Below, one piece after another: positions 1 through 7,515 of a stretch of 12,540 nucleotides of DNA. The notes beneath the pieces were generated by a model. The model searched no databases and had not been told where the DNA came from. It worked only from the letters and a program-made list of their open reading frames with translations. The position numbers and the translations under genes are program-made. The stretch lies in contig JBFGLM010000087.1 of assembly GCA_041576165.1 (NCBI GenBank), forward strand, positions 1-12,540. The letters are read 5' to 3'. This stretch comes from Acidimicrobiia bacterium. Its GTDB lineage: Bacteria > Actinomycetota > Acidimicrobiia > Spongiisociales > Spongiisociaceae. Each line of letters opens with the position of its first letter. Within the stretch, counting starts at the first letter, position 1.

Positions 1-32
1 CCACAACGCCCGCTCCGCCTCGGCGCGGTGGT

Positions 33-440
33 CTAAGACAGGAAGCTCGTAAGTGCGTCAAGCGACGCCGTGGGGGCTTCCTCTGGGATGAAATGTCCGC
101 TCGGCATTGGAGCGAATGCGGGTGCCGTTACCCACCTGCTCCAGATTTCTTGGACGTCGAAGTGGTGACCCACGACGCCGTTCGTACCCCACATAACGAG
201 AGTTGGGCACTCTTTCGCCCTGCGTCTCGGTCGGCCGTGTCGTGTCCCATGTCGCTGGTGATGCCCGCCCGGAAGCATTCACACATGGCGGTAACCGGCG
301 CGGGAGTGGTGGATGCCGCGAGATAGCAGTCAAGCGCTCGTGGGTCGAACACCTGAGCCTCATTAATGAGTCCGACGAGGATCTGCTCCATGAACGCCCG
401 AGGGGCCCCGGAAATCAGTCTTTCGGGGACCGGAGATGGC
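33..440 (-). pseudogene. Alpha/beta hydrolase, haloacetate (fluoroacetate) dehalogenase-like; 3' half only, frameshifted at ~210-215
   Basis: Joining the tail of ORF 128..766 with ORF 33..278 gives PSPVPERLISGAPRAF...FDPRALDCYLAASTTPAPVTAMCECFRAGITSDMGHDTADRDAGRK / ECPTLVMWGTNGVVGHHFDVQEIWSRW...SGHFIPEEAP. This matches the C-terminal half of FAcD-type hydrolases (PERLI, DYRA..TID..HD..D.GRKI.CP.LVLWG, catalytic GHF.PEEAP). The N-terminal half with the nucleophile is replaced by IS110 sequence at ~440. Confidence 0.8.
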
Positions 441-650
441 CGACGCCGAGATGTTGGCCAACCTGCTGCGTCTCGGCACGTTGCCGGAGTCGTGGATCGC
501 CCCCCGGTCGCTGCGGGAGTTGCGCGAGCTGGTGCGCTACCGGCACAAGCTGTCCCGGCTCCGGGCCGGGTTGAAGTCCCAGATCCATGCCGTGCTGGGC
601 AAAGAAGGGATACTGCCCTTCCTGCGGGACTTGTGGGGCCCGGTCGGGTT
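436..650 (+). mobile_element. IS110-family transposase, internal fragment (end of the DEDD/RuvC-like domain plus coiled-coil start)
   Basis: DAEMLANLLRLGTLPESWIAPRSLRELRELVRYRHKLSRLRAGLKSQIHAVLGKEG...DLWG is the typical IS110 'DA..LA.LLR.G.LPE.WI.P...R.LR.LVR.R..L' segment. The N-terminal catalytic residues and the C-terminal Transposase_20 domain are absent, and the ORF drifts into non-IS sequence after ~650. Confidence 0.85.
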
Positions 651-886
651 CGAGTTCTACGGGACCCACGCTCTACAAACCTCCCTGAAGCTCGAGAACG
701 GTCAACTGGTGGAAGCGGTCGTCGGGTTAGGCCGGTGTTTCCTGTACACTTGTCCAAGGCGGCCATGCCGCAACTTCTTATCTCTCGTTGCGGACTTCCT
801 CAGGGTTTGCCCTCTCCGCTCTCGAACGATTGCTGTTGCATTAACCAACCGGCGCCATTTCGGAGCGTTTGGGAGGATGCGTGTTC

Positions 887-2059
887 ATGAGGCACAACGG
901 AGAACTGCCCTCGATCGGGTTCTTGAGCACCTACCCGCCCACGTCGTGCGGGTTGGCGACGTTCGCGGCCGCGTTACGCGGCGCCCTCGCCGACGGGCGT
1001 GGCTCAGGCGCGGGCCTGGGCGTGGTGAGCCTGGTCGACAGTCCGCTTCGCCAGCTCAACCCGGAAGTTGTGCATGAACATCTCAACGGCGACGCAGCCT
1101 CCCTCGTGGCTGCGATCGAGGTACTCAATACCTTCGATGTGGCGTTCGTCCAACACGAGTACGGGATTTATGGCGGACTCGACGGCCGCGAGGTCCTTGA
1201 TTTGCTGTCCGGCCTCGAAATCCCGGCGATCGTCACGCTCCACACTGTGCTCAGCGAACCCAGCCCAAGCCAGCGATCGATTCTGGAAGAAGTGGTAGCG
1301 CTGGCGGAGCGAACGGTCGTGATGAGCCAAACCGCCTACGGGCGGCTTGTCAACGGCTACGACGTCGATCCGACGAAGGTTCGAGTGATTCCACACGGGG
1401 CACGACTCAGCCTTGATGGCCCTTCCCTGGCCACTGGAGCCCGGCCGGTCGTGCTGACGTGGGGGCTTATCGGACCGGGCAAGGGTTTGGAGATGGCGAT
1501 CGACGCTTTTGCCGGTCTTCAGGACCTCCGCCCCCTTCCCCGATATGTCATTTTGGGTAAGACGCACCCCAAGGTCCAGGCTTCGCAGGGCGATGTGTAC
1601 ATCGAGGGGCTCGTTGCCCGGGTCCATGACCTCGGATTGGATGATGTCATCGAGTTCGACGGCAGGTATCTCGACACCGACGAGCTTGCAATCGCAGTTC
1701 GCCAAGCCGACATGGTGGTGCTTCCCTACGAGTCCACCGAGCAGGTCACGTCGGGCGTGCTGGTCGAAGCCATCGCGGCAGGTAAGCCGGTCATCGCTAC
1801 CGCTTTCCCGCACGCGGTCGAGCTCCTGGGCACCGGTGCCGGCGTCGTCGTCCCTCACGGTGATCCGCTGGCGTTAAAGGCCGCCCTCCGGACCGTGCTG
1901 ACGCATCCCTCCTTGGCCGGTGAGATGGCCGCGGAAGCAAAGCTGATCGGCTCGACCGTGCATTGGCCCGCCATAGCCCACCGATACCAGGAAATGGCGA
2001 TGACGCTGGTAGTCGGGCACCGAGCGGCCCATGTTCCCGCCATGGCCAAGCATGCGTAG
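887..2059 (+). CDS. Glycosyltransferase family 4 (GT-B), mannosyltransferase-like subgroup (cd03822-type)
   Basis: Motifs GFLSTYPPTSCGLATF, QHEYGIYGG, VTLHTV, IPHGA, WGLIGPGKGLE, GKTHP, LPY..TEQVTSGVLVEAIAAGKPVIAT.FPHA.ELL. ATG at 887 is preceded by GGGAGGA (871-877), so it is preferred over the TTG at 869. Confidence 0.92.
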   Translation: MRHNGELPSIGFLSTYPPTSCGLATFAAALRGALADGRGSGAGLGVVSLVDSPLRQLNPEVVHEHLNGDAASLVAAIEVLNTFDVAFVQHEYGIYGGLDGREVLDLLSGLEIPAIVTLHTVLSEPSPSQRSILEEVVALAERTVVMSQTAYGRLVNGYDVDPTKVRVIPHGARLSLDGPSLATGARPVVLTWGLIGPGKGLEMAIDAFAGLQDLRPLPRYVILGKTHPKVQASQGDVYIEGLVARVHDLGLDDVIEFDGRYLDTDELAIAVRQADMVVLPYESTEQVTSGVLVEAIAAGKPVIATAFPHAVELLGTGAGVVVPHGDPLALKAALRTVLTHPSLAGEMAAEAKLIGSTVHWPAIAHRYQEMAMTLVVGHRAAHVPAMAKHA

Positions 2060-2069
2060 GAAGCCATAG

Positions 2070-3119
2070 ATGGCCTCGCCAAGGTCGGTTGAAGCCGGCC
2101 CCTGCCGACGCTCGGCTGATCCGCTACCGACGCCCCGTTTCGATCATCTCCGACGGATGACCGATCATCGGGGTCTCTGGGAGCATGCTCTCCACACCAC
2201 CCCGCGCACCGAGCACGGCTACTGCACTGACGACAACGCGCGGGCGCTCATCGTCATCAGCCGCCGGGCGGATCCATCCCCCGATCTCGTCCAACTGGCC
2301 GGTATCTATCTGAGATTCCTTCAGGATGCGCAACTACCCAGTGGCGGCTTCATAAACCGGCGCAGGTCCGACGGGTCCTGGTCGACCGAGGTGGGATCGG
2401 ACGACTCCCAGGGAAGGGCGCTCTGGGCACTTGGCTCGGTCGGCCGACACGGTCCGGCTCCCTGGATGCGTGAAACCGGGCTCGACATGTTCGACAAGCA
2501 ACAGGAATTCCACTCGCTCTCTCCGCGCGCCAATGCCTTCGCGGTATTGGGCGCAAGCGAGCTGCTGCACTCATTACCCGACCATCGCCCCGCTCGGCAT
2601 ATCTTGGAGCAGTGCGTCGGCCACCTCCTCGTGCGGGATGATGTTCTCTGGCCGTGGCCCGAGGAGCGCCTCGCCTACGACAACGCTCGCATCCCGGAGG
2701 CCCTGCTGGCTGCCGGGTCGCACTTGTCCAATGACGGCCTCTTCGATGCCGGCCTCCACCTGCTGGAGTGGTTGGTGGCTGCAGAAACGCACGACGGCCA
2801 TTTCAGCTTCACACCGGTGGGTGGGTGGGCGCCGGGAGAACTTCGACCGGGCTTTGACCAGCAGCCGGTGGAGGCAGCGGCCATGGCCGATGCGTGCAGC
2901 CGGGCCTGGATACTGACCGGCGACGGACGGTGGAAAGACCGGGTCGAACAGGCAGCTCGCTGGTTTGTGGGTGCCAACGATGCCGGGGTGGCTCTCTACG
3001 ACCCCCAAACCGGGGGATGCGGGGATGGCCTCGGCCCCGATTACACCAGCCTGAACCAGGGAGCGGAGTCGACGCTGGCCGCCCTCGCCGTGCTTCAACA
3101 CGCAGAAACCCTCGGCTGA
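2070..3119 (+). CDS. GT4-associated protein, predicted (alpha/alpha)6 six-hairpin glycosidase-like fold; often misannotated as 'glycosyltransferase'
   Basis: FDHLRRMTD..GLWEHA....PR.EHGYCTDDNARAL, DSQGRALWALG, WPWPEERLAYDNARIPEAL, FDQQPVEA, WF.G.ND.G..LYDP.TGGC.DGL, NQGAESTLA are the motifs of the domain found fused to, or next to, this GT4 subgroup. AGGAAG lies just upstream of ATG 2070, 10 nt after the GT4 stop. Confidence 0.82.
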   Translation: MASPRSVEAGPCRRSADPLPTPRFDHLRRMTDHRGLWEHALHTTPRTEHGYCTDDNARALIVISRRADPSPDLVQLAGIYLRFLQDAQLPSGGFINRRRSDGSWSTEVGSDDSQGRALWALGSVGRHGPAPWMRETGLDMFDKQQEFHSLSPRANAFAVLGASELLHSLPDHRPARHILEQCVGHLLVRDDVLWPWPEERLAYDNARIPEALLAAGSHLSNDGLFDAGLHLLEWLVAAETHDGHFSFTPVGGWAPGELRPGFDQQPVEAAAMADACSRAWILTGDGRWKDRVEQAARWFVGANDAGVALYDPQTGGCGDGLGPDYTSLNQGAESTLAALAVLQHAETLG

Positions 3120-3231
3120 AAGGGACTTAGATAGTCAGATTCCTGGCCAAGGTCCCCACGGCGCTCTAGGCTCACATTTCGCGTCCTCGTGCCGATAGAC
3201 GGCCGGGACCCTCATTCGAGCGACTAACGGC

Positions 3232-4704
3232 ATGAATCCGATCTCCATCACCCGCCGGCGGGCTCGCTTCTATCCCGACCCGCATCGGGTGATCACCAAG
3301 CCCTTCCACCCGGGGGAGCAGTTCTTTCCGGACGGGCAGTCACGGGCCGCACTCATCATCAATCGGATCTTGGCGATGTCGGACAGTGAGGTCGCGTCGA
3401 CGCTGGCTGCCACGCAGCAGGGCTTCGCAGATCGACACGTGGGCCTCGGCAGCATTCTCGAACGCAATTTCGCGTTAGTAGCAAGCCACTTTGACCACCC
3501 GAACGATCTGTCCCCGGAACGCCGGCTACTCATCGGCGCCTACTTCACACATGAGTACTCAATCGAGGCGGCTTCCCTCACCAATCCGTCGGTCGTCCCG
3601 GCACCCGATCAATCTGGCCTGCAAGCAGGGGAACGACGGTTCATCATGAGCCTGCGGGCCGTCGGCGAGGGACACATCTCGTCCATCGAGTTTCGCGCCG
3701 GCGTGATCGACTCCCGTGGCGAGATCACAATGGACGATCCGAGCCGATACGCGATGACCGGCGACCGCCGGTCTCCTATCTACGACAAGCACGTCTTCTG
3801 CATGAAGCTGGAAGAGCTGGAGGCGTTCAACGACATCACCCGCCGGTGTCTCGATCCGCTGCCTTCTCACTTCACCTTCGAGCAGCTCGAAGCGGCCATC
3901 GTGAATCTCGACCAGCAGGGCGTGGATCGTGCCATCGCCTTCCAGACAACGAAGGTCATTCACTGGCTCGCCTCCTCCAACTACGAGAGCGCCTTCCCAA
4001 CGGAGTCGGAGATCTCGGAGCGAGTGATATTCCCGGTCGGACCCACCGAGAGCCACGGAATGGAAGACGCTCGCTTTGTCCGTTTCACCGATGACAACGG
4101 AAAAGTGGTCTATTACGCCACCTACACCGCCTTCGACGGGATCCAGATCCTCCCCCAACTAATAGAAACCCGGGACTTCGTGTCCTTCCGAATCGCCACC
4201 CTCAACGGAAGCGCCGCCCAGAACAAGGGCATTGCCCTCTTCCCACGCAAAATCGATGGCCGCTACGGGGCTCTGTCCCGCCAGGACAACGAGAACAACT
4301 ACCTCATGCTCTCAGATAACGTGCGGTTCTGGCATGAAACCGAGAAGATCCAGATGCCCGAGCGGCCCTGGGAGCTCACGCAGATCGGCAATTGTGGGTC
4401 ACCCCTCGAAACCGAAGCCGGCTGGCTGGTGATTACCCACGGGGTGGGGCCGCTGCGACGGTACACCCTGGGAGCCATCCTGCTTGACCGGCAGGACCCG
4501 TGTCGAGTCATCGGTCGCCTGGGAGAACCGCTGCTGGCACCTGTTGAGGACGAACGCGACGGGTACGTACCCAACGTCGTGTACTCATGCGGCAGCATGA
4601 TCCACGGCAACCTTCTCGTTCTCCCCTACGGATTTTCGGACGTCGGAGCCGGCATTGCCACCGCCTCGCTTGACGACCTCCTCACCCGCCTCACGGAGAA
4701 GTAG
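3232..4704 (+). CDS. Glycoside hydrolase family 130 protein (beta-mannoside phosphorylase/hydrolase-like), long ~490-aa form
   Basis: HEYSIEAASLTNPS, SLRAVGEGHISSIEFR, GMEDARFVRF, YYATYTAFDG, NKGIALFPRKIDGRY..LSRQD, QIGNCGSP.ET.AGWLVITHGVG, ERDGYVPNVVYSCG, LPYGFSD are GH130 five-bladed beta-propeller signatures. Confidence 0.92.
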   Translation: MNPISITRRRARFYPDPHRVITKPFHPGEQFFPDGQSRAALIINRILAMSDSEVASTLAATQQGFADRHVGLGSILERNFALVASHFDHPNDLSPERRLLIGAYFTHEYSIEAASLTNPSVVPAPDQSGLQAGERRFIMSLRAVGEGHISSIEFRAGVIDSRGEITMDDPSRYAMTGDRRSPIYDKHVFCMKLEELEAFNDITRRCLDPLPSHFTFEQLEAAIVNLDQQGVDRAIAFQTTKVIHWLASSNYESAFPTESEISERVIFPVGPTESHGMEDARFVRFTDDNGKVVYYATYTAFDGIQILPQLIETRDFVSFRIATLNGSAAQNKGIALFPRKIDGRYGALSRQDNENNYLMLSDNVRFWHETEKIQMPERPWELTQIGNCGSPLETEAGWLVITHGVGPLRRYTLGAILLDRQDPCRVIGRLGEPLLAPVEDERDGYVPNVVYSCGSMIHGNLLVLPYGFSDVGAGIATASLDDLLTRLTEK

Positions 4705-5947
4705 CTCCTTCGCTCTCTCGGTAGCGACCGTAGAGGCGCGCGAGGTTGGTTGCCGAGTTGTCCCAGAACTCATCAGGTTCGATGTCTAGCCACTCATGGT
4801 TGTCCGAGCCGGACGTCCGGTCGATGCCGGTGAAGGACTCAACAACCGCGACGGACGGCTTGGGTGACCCGTCGGCTCGCCACAGTCCGAAGAAACGCTC
4901 GTGGGTGGCAGCGTCGAGGGGCGGCCTGGTCCAGATGGCCGGGACGTAGTCGGTGAAGCACCACACCATGGCACCGGTGCAACCGGCTTGGCGGACGGCT
5001 GCCAGCGCCCGTTCGGTGTAGGCGGCCGCGGCCTGCTCTTCGACGAGCTCGGAAGGGCTCTCAACCCGGTTTCGCTCATTGTCCGGATCGGCCTGACGGT
5101 AGGTCGGCAAGCCGAACTCAGACAAGAGAACGTCCTGGCCCCTTCCCAGCCAGCGGGTCAGGTGCGCCAGGAAGGGCAGGACACGTTCATCCGTGGGACC
5201 CGCGGCCCAGCGGGCGTAGATTGCATAACCGTGCATGGTGAGGAAATCGCACACCTCGGCGGCTTCCCGCGGACCCAGCATCCGGTCCTCTTCCAGGTCC
5301 TCCATGTGCAGGCCGATCGTGACGAGCGCCGCTGGGTCGGCTGCCCGGATGGCCGTGGTGATTCGCTGTAGCCAGTCCCGGGCCGACGACCGGCTCGGCG
5401 GTATCACACAATTCGAGTTTTCGTTGCCGAGATCCCACGCCCAGACGGCATCGTGACCGGCCAGTGCGCCAGCCGCCGCTCCCGCCAGTAGTGCCTGTGC
5501 CCCGCCGACTTCCGGGTCCCCGTACCAGTTTCGCAAGCCGGACCTGGTGAGCCTCCCGCCGGAAACCACCCGGAAGCGATCGTCGCCATCAGATCCGCCG
5601 AGCGCCCACGGCGGGATCCAGTTCACTCCGCTCATGTGACCCGTGTAGAGGGTGGGCATGACGGCAAGGCCCGCCCGCCCGGCCAGATCCGCCACCGTGA
5701 CCAGCCGATCGAGCATCCCGACGTCCACTCTCGTCGGGACCGGCTGGAAGTTCTCCCAGGTCAAGAACACCCTTACCGAATCGAAACCGGCGGCAGCGAT
5801 CCGTGTGAAATCTCGGCTAACTTCGGCGTCGTCGAACTCCGCCCACCAGCCCATGGCGGTGCGAGCTGGCCAGTAGTTGACGCCCAGCCGAAACTTCTCC
5901 CTCCGATTCGGCGTCTGTGTCTCAGGGGGCATTGCTTTCTTCGGCAT
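4691..5947 (-). CDS. Clan GH-A glycoside hydrolase, GH5-like (beta-mannanase/mannosidase-like), no signal peptide evident
   Basis: FRLGVNYWP..TAMGWW, GFDSVRVFLTWENFQP, TGHMSGVNW, acid/base motif WDLGNE, nucleophile motif LLSEFG, WCFTDY, HERFFGLWRADGSPKP. The likely start is ATG 5947 after GGAGGG (alternative ATG 5932), overlapping the upstream GT4 stop. Confidence 0.85.
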   Translation of the reverse strand: MPKKAMPPETQTPNRREKFRLGVNYWPARTAMGWWAEFDDAEVSRDFTRIAAAGFDSVRVFLTWENFQPVPTRVDVGMLDRLVTVADLAGRAGLAVMPTLYTGHMSGVNWIPPWALGGSDGDDRFRVVSGGRLTRSGLRNWYGDPEVGGAQALLAGAAAGALAGHDAVWAWDLGNENSNCVIPPSRSSARDWLQRITTAIRAADPAALVTIGLHMEDLEEDRMLGPREAAEVCDFLTMHGYAIYARWAAGPTDERVLPFLAHLTRWLGRGQDVLLSEFGLPTYRQADPDNERNRVESPSELVEEQAAAAYTERALAAVRQAGCTGAMVWCFTDYVPAIWTRPPLDAATHERFFGLWRADGSPKPSVAVVESFTGIDRTSGSDNHEWLDIEPDEFWDNSATNLARLYGRYRESEGATSP

Positions 5948-6998
5948 GTTCCCTCCGATGGTGCTCCACGACGTGGTGATAGACGGCGAGGTACTCGTCG
6001 ACCATCCGGCTCGCGTCGAAGTGATGCTCGACCGAATTGCGCACGGCCATCCGGTCGGTGCTGTCCGAGCCATGCACGGCTGTGACGGCCTCTTCGATGG
6101 AGCTCACCAGGAAGCCAGTCTCACCCTCGCGAATGATCTCGGGCATCGACCCTCGCGGATGGGCGATCACCGGTGTCCCCGAGGCCATCGCCTCGACGAC
6201 ACTGAACCCGAACGGCTCATCGAAGTTGATGAGGTGTAGGAGTGCCCGCGCGCCGCCCAGTAGCTCCCCGCGCGTTTCTGGACCCACTGGGCCGATATAC
6301 CTGACTTGCTCTCCATCCACCCGGGGTTTCACGAATCGATCAAAGTAAGCATCGTCCTGGATGATCCCGGCGATAGTCAGCGGCATGCCGGCCTGGGCGG
6401 CCACCTCGATGGCCTCGGCGGTTCCCTTGTCGGGATGGATCCTCCCAAAGAACAGCAGATAGTCGCCCGGCCTCGGATGCACAGCAAACGCCTGCATGTC
6501 GATGCCGTGGTGGATCGTGGCCACGTAGTCGAGCCCGGCGTGCCGGTCCGCGTCGCTGATCGCTACGTAGTAGCAGGCGTCGTTGTACTTCTCGTAAACC
6601 GGCACAATCCGCTCAGACGAGAATCCATGAATGGTGGTGACGACCGGGGTGTCGACCAGACCGCTGTAGGTGAGGGGCAAGAAGTCGAAGCTGTTGTGGA
6701 TCACATCGAACTCTTTCGCCCGCTCAAAGGCCGCCGAAATATGCAGGCCCTCCCAGACCTTCGGGTCCAAGCCAGCATCCTCGGAATATCCGGTCGGGGC
6801 AGTCCCCACCAGGCGGGCGCCGGTCACAGAGTCACAGGTGGCAAACAGGGTTACGTCGACTCCCCGGCTGACCAGTCCCTCGGTGAGGAGGGAAACGAAC
6901 TGCTCCCATGGTCCGTAATGACGCGGGGGCACCCGCCACGAGATCGGGGCAAGCATCGCCACCCGAAGCTGGTCGGATGCGGGAGTCGGAGACGACAT
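5922..6998 (-). CDS. Glycosyltransferase family 4 (GT-B), AviGT4-like subgroup (cd03802-type)
   Basis: RVAMLAPISWRVPPRHYGPWE, GVDVTLFAT.DS, VTTIHG, IHHGID, YLLFFGRIHPDKG, canonical EPFGFSVVEAMASGTPVIA..RGSMPEII..GETGFLV. Confidence 0.93.
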   Translation of the reverse strand: MSSPTPASDQLRVAMLAPISWRVPPRHYGPWEQFVSLLTEGLVSRGVDVTLFATCDSVTGARLVGTAPTGYSEDAGLDPKVWEGLHISAAFERAKEFDVIHNSFDFLPLTYSGLVDTPVVTTIHGFSSERIVPVYEKYNDACYYVAISDADRHAGLDYVATIHHGIDMQAFAVHPRPGDYLLFFGRIHPDKGTAEAIEVAAQAGMPLTIAGIIQDDAYFDRFVKPRVDGEQVRYIGPVGPETRGELLGGARALLHLINFDEPFGFSVVEAMASGTPVIAHPRGSMPEIIREGETGFLVSSIEEAVTAVHGSDSTDRMAVRNSVEHHFDASRMVDEYLAVYHHVVEHHRREHAEESNAP

Positions 6999-7287
6999 CT
7001 AGACGACAAGGGTAGCTCCCGCCCCCGACCGGCCACGCCACGTACAGCTCGGTCTTTCTTACTCCCTTGACCTTGTAGCCGGAGGCCAGGATGTTGTGGA
7101 GAATGGCTCCGTCGAGAGCACCCTGACGGCAGGTCGTTATGGAACCGGGTCGAGTGATCAGCGGACGCCGACGCGCCCGTGGAATTCTCGCCGGAGACGT
7201 GCCGAAGCGCTCGGGTACCCGCCCATTACGCGCCGTCTGAGTGCCAAAACAGCTCACAGATGAACTGCCCATCATCCGCACCCCGAA

Positions 7288-7306
7288 AGCCTTGCGCAGC
7301 AAGGCT
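7288..7306 (-). terminator. Perfect 8-bp hairpin AGCCTTGC-N3-GCAAGGCT; terminator-like or att-flanking stem-loop
   Basis: The inverted repeat is read directly. On the minus strand it is followed by only a short U-tract (TTTC including the last stem base). It lies 11 nt downstream of the tRNA-like fragment and ~210 nt downstream of the MFS stop. Confidence 0.45.
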
Positions 7307-7317
7307 CCCATCAAATA

Positions 7318-7337
7318 CGTCCCCGGAAGGATTCGAA
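7318..7337 (-). other. Orphan tRNA 3'-end fragment (T-loop to discriminator, Arg-like); candidate att site
   Basis: Minus strand TTCGAATCCTTCCGGGGACG parses as T-loop TTCGAAT + 5-nt T-stem 3' arm CCTTC + 7-nt acceptor strand CGGGGAC + discriminator G. No complementary GTCCCCG 5' arm is present ~70 nt upstream, so it is not a full tRNA. Confidence 0.6.
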
Positions 7338-7515
7338 ACTGCACCTACCCACTCTTCATGGCCGGCCTGGCACCGCTTCACTGGATTTCGCTGAGTCTCG
7401 CGGACCAGAAGCGGACCAAACAGGGAGCTGTCTGTCGCCGCGTCACGGTCCTCGAACCTGACGTACAAACGGAGCAATAGACGACGTCGATATCAGTCAG
7501 CCACGCAGCCGCCAC

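Noticed and set aside
745-793. TACACT -10-like hexamer (745-750) and CCGCAAC/GTTGCGG hairpin (768-793) upstream of the first GT4
   Set aside because: These are plausible promoter/leader elements, but there is no -35 and no recognisable riboswitch consensus, so support is too weak to call.
436-870. Active IS110 bridge-RNA recombinase system
   Set aside because: Only ~70 codons of the transposase remain; the catalytic N-terminus, C-terminal domain and non-coding ends are missing.
3120-3231. GGGAC/GTCCC half-sites resembling DosR/DevR boxes upstream of GH130
   Set aside because: Only half-sites are present; none forms the full GGGAC-N4-GTCCC palindrome, and such 5-mers are expected by chance at this GC content.
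7318-7395. Possible complete tRNA gene
   Set aside because: No 5' acceptor arm, D-arm or anticodon arm can be folded; only the 3' 20 nt fit.
7000-7480. Short ORFs in the spacer (6832..7344 -, 7226..7477 -, 7241..7480 +, 7179..7394 +)
   Set aside because: They overlap each other, have no recognisable motif or convincing RBS, and span the tRNA-like fragment and hairpin. A gene remnant cannot be excluded without BLASTX.
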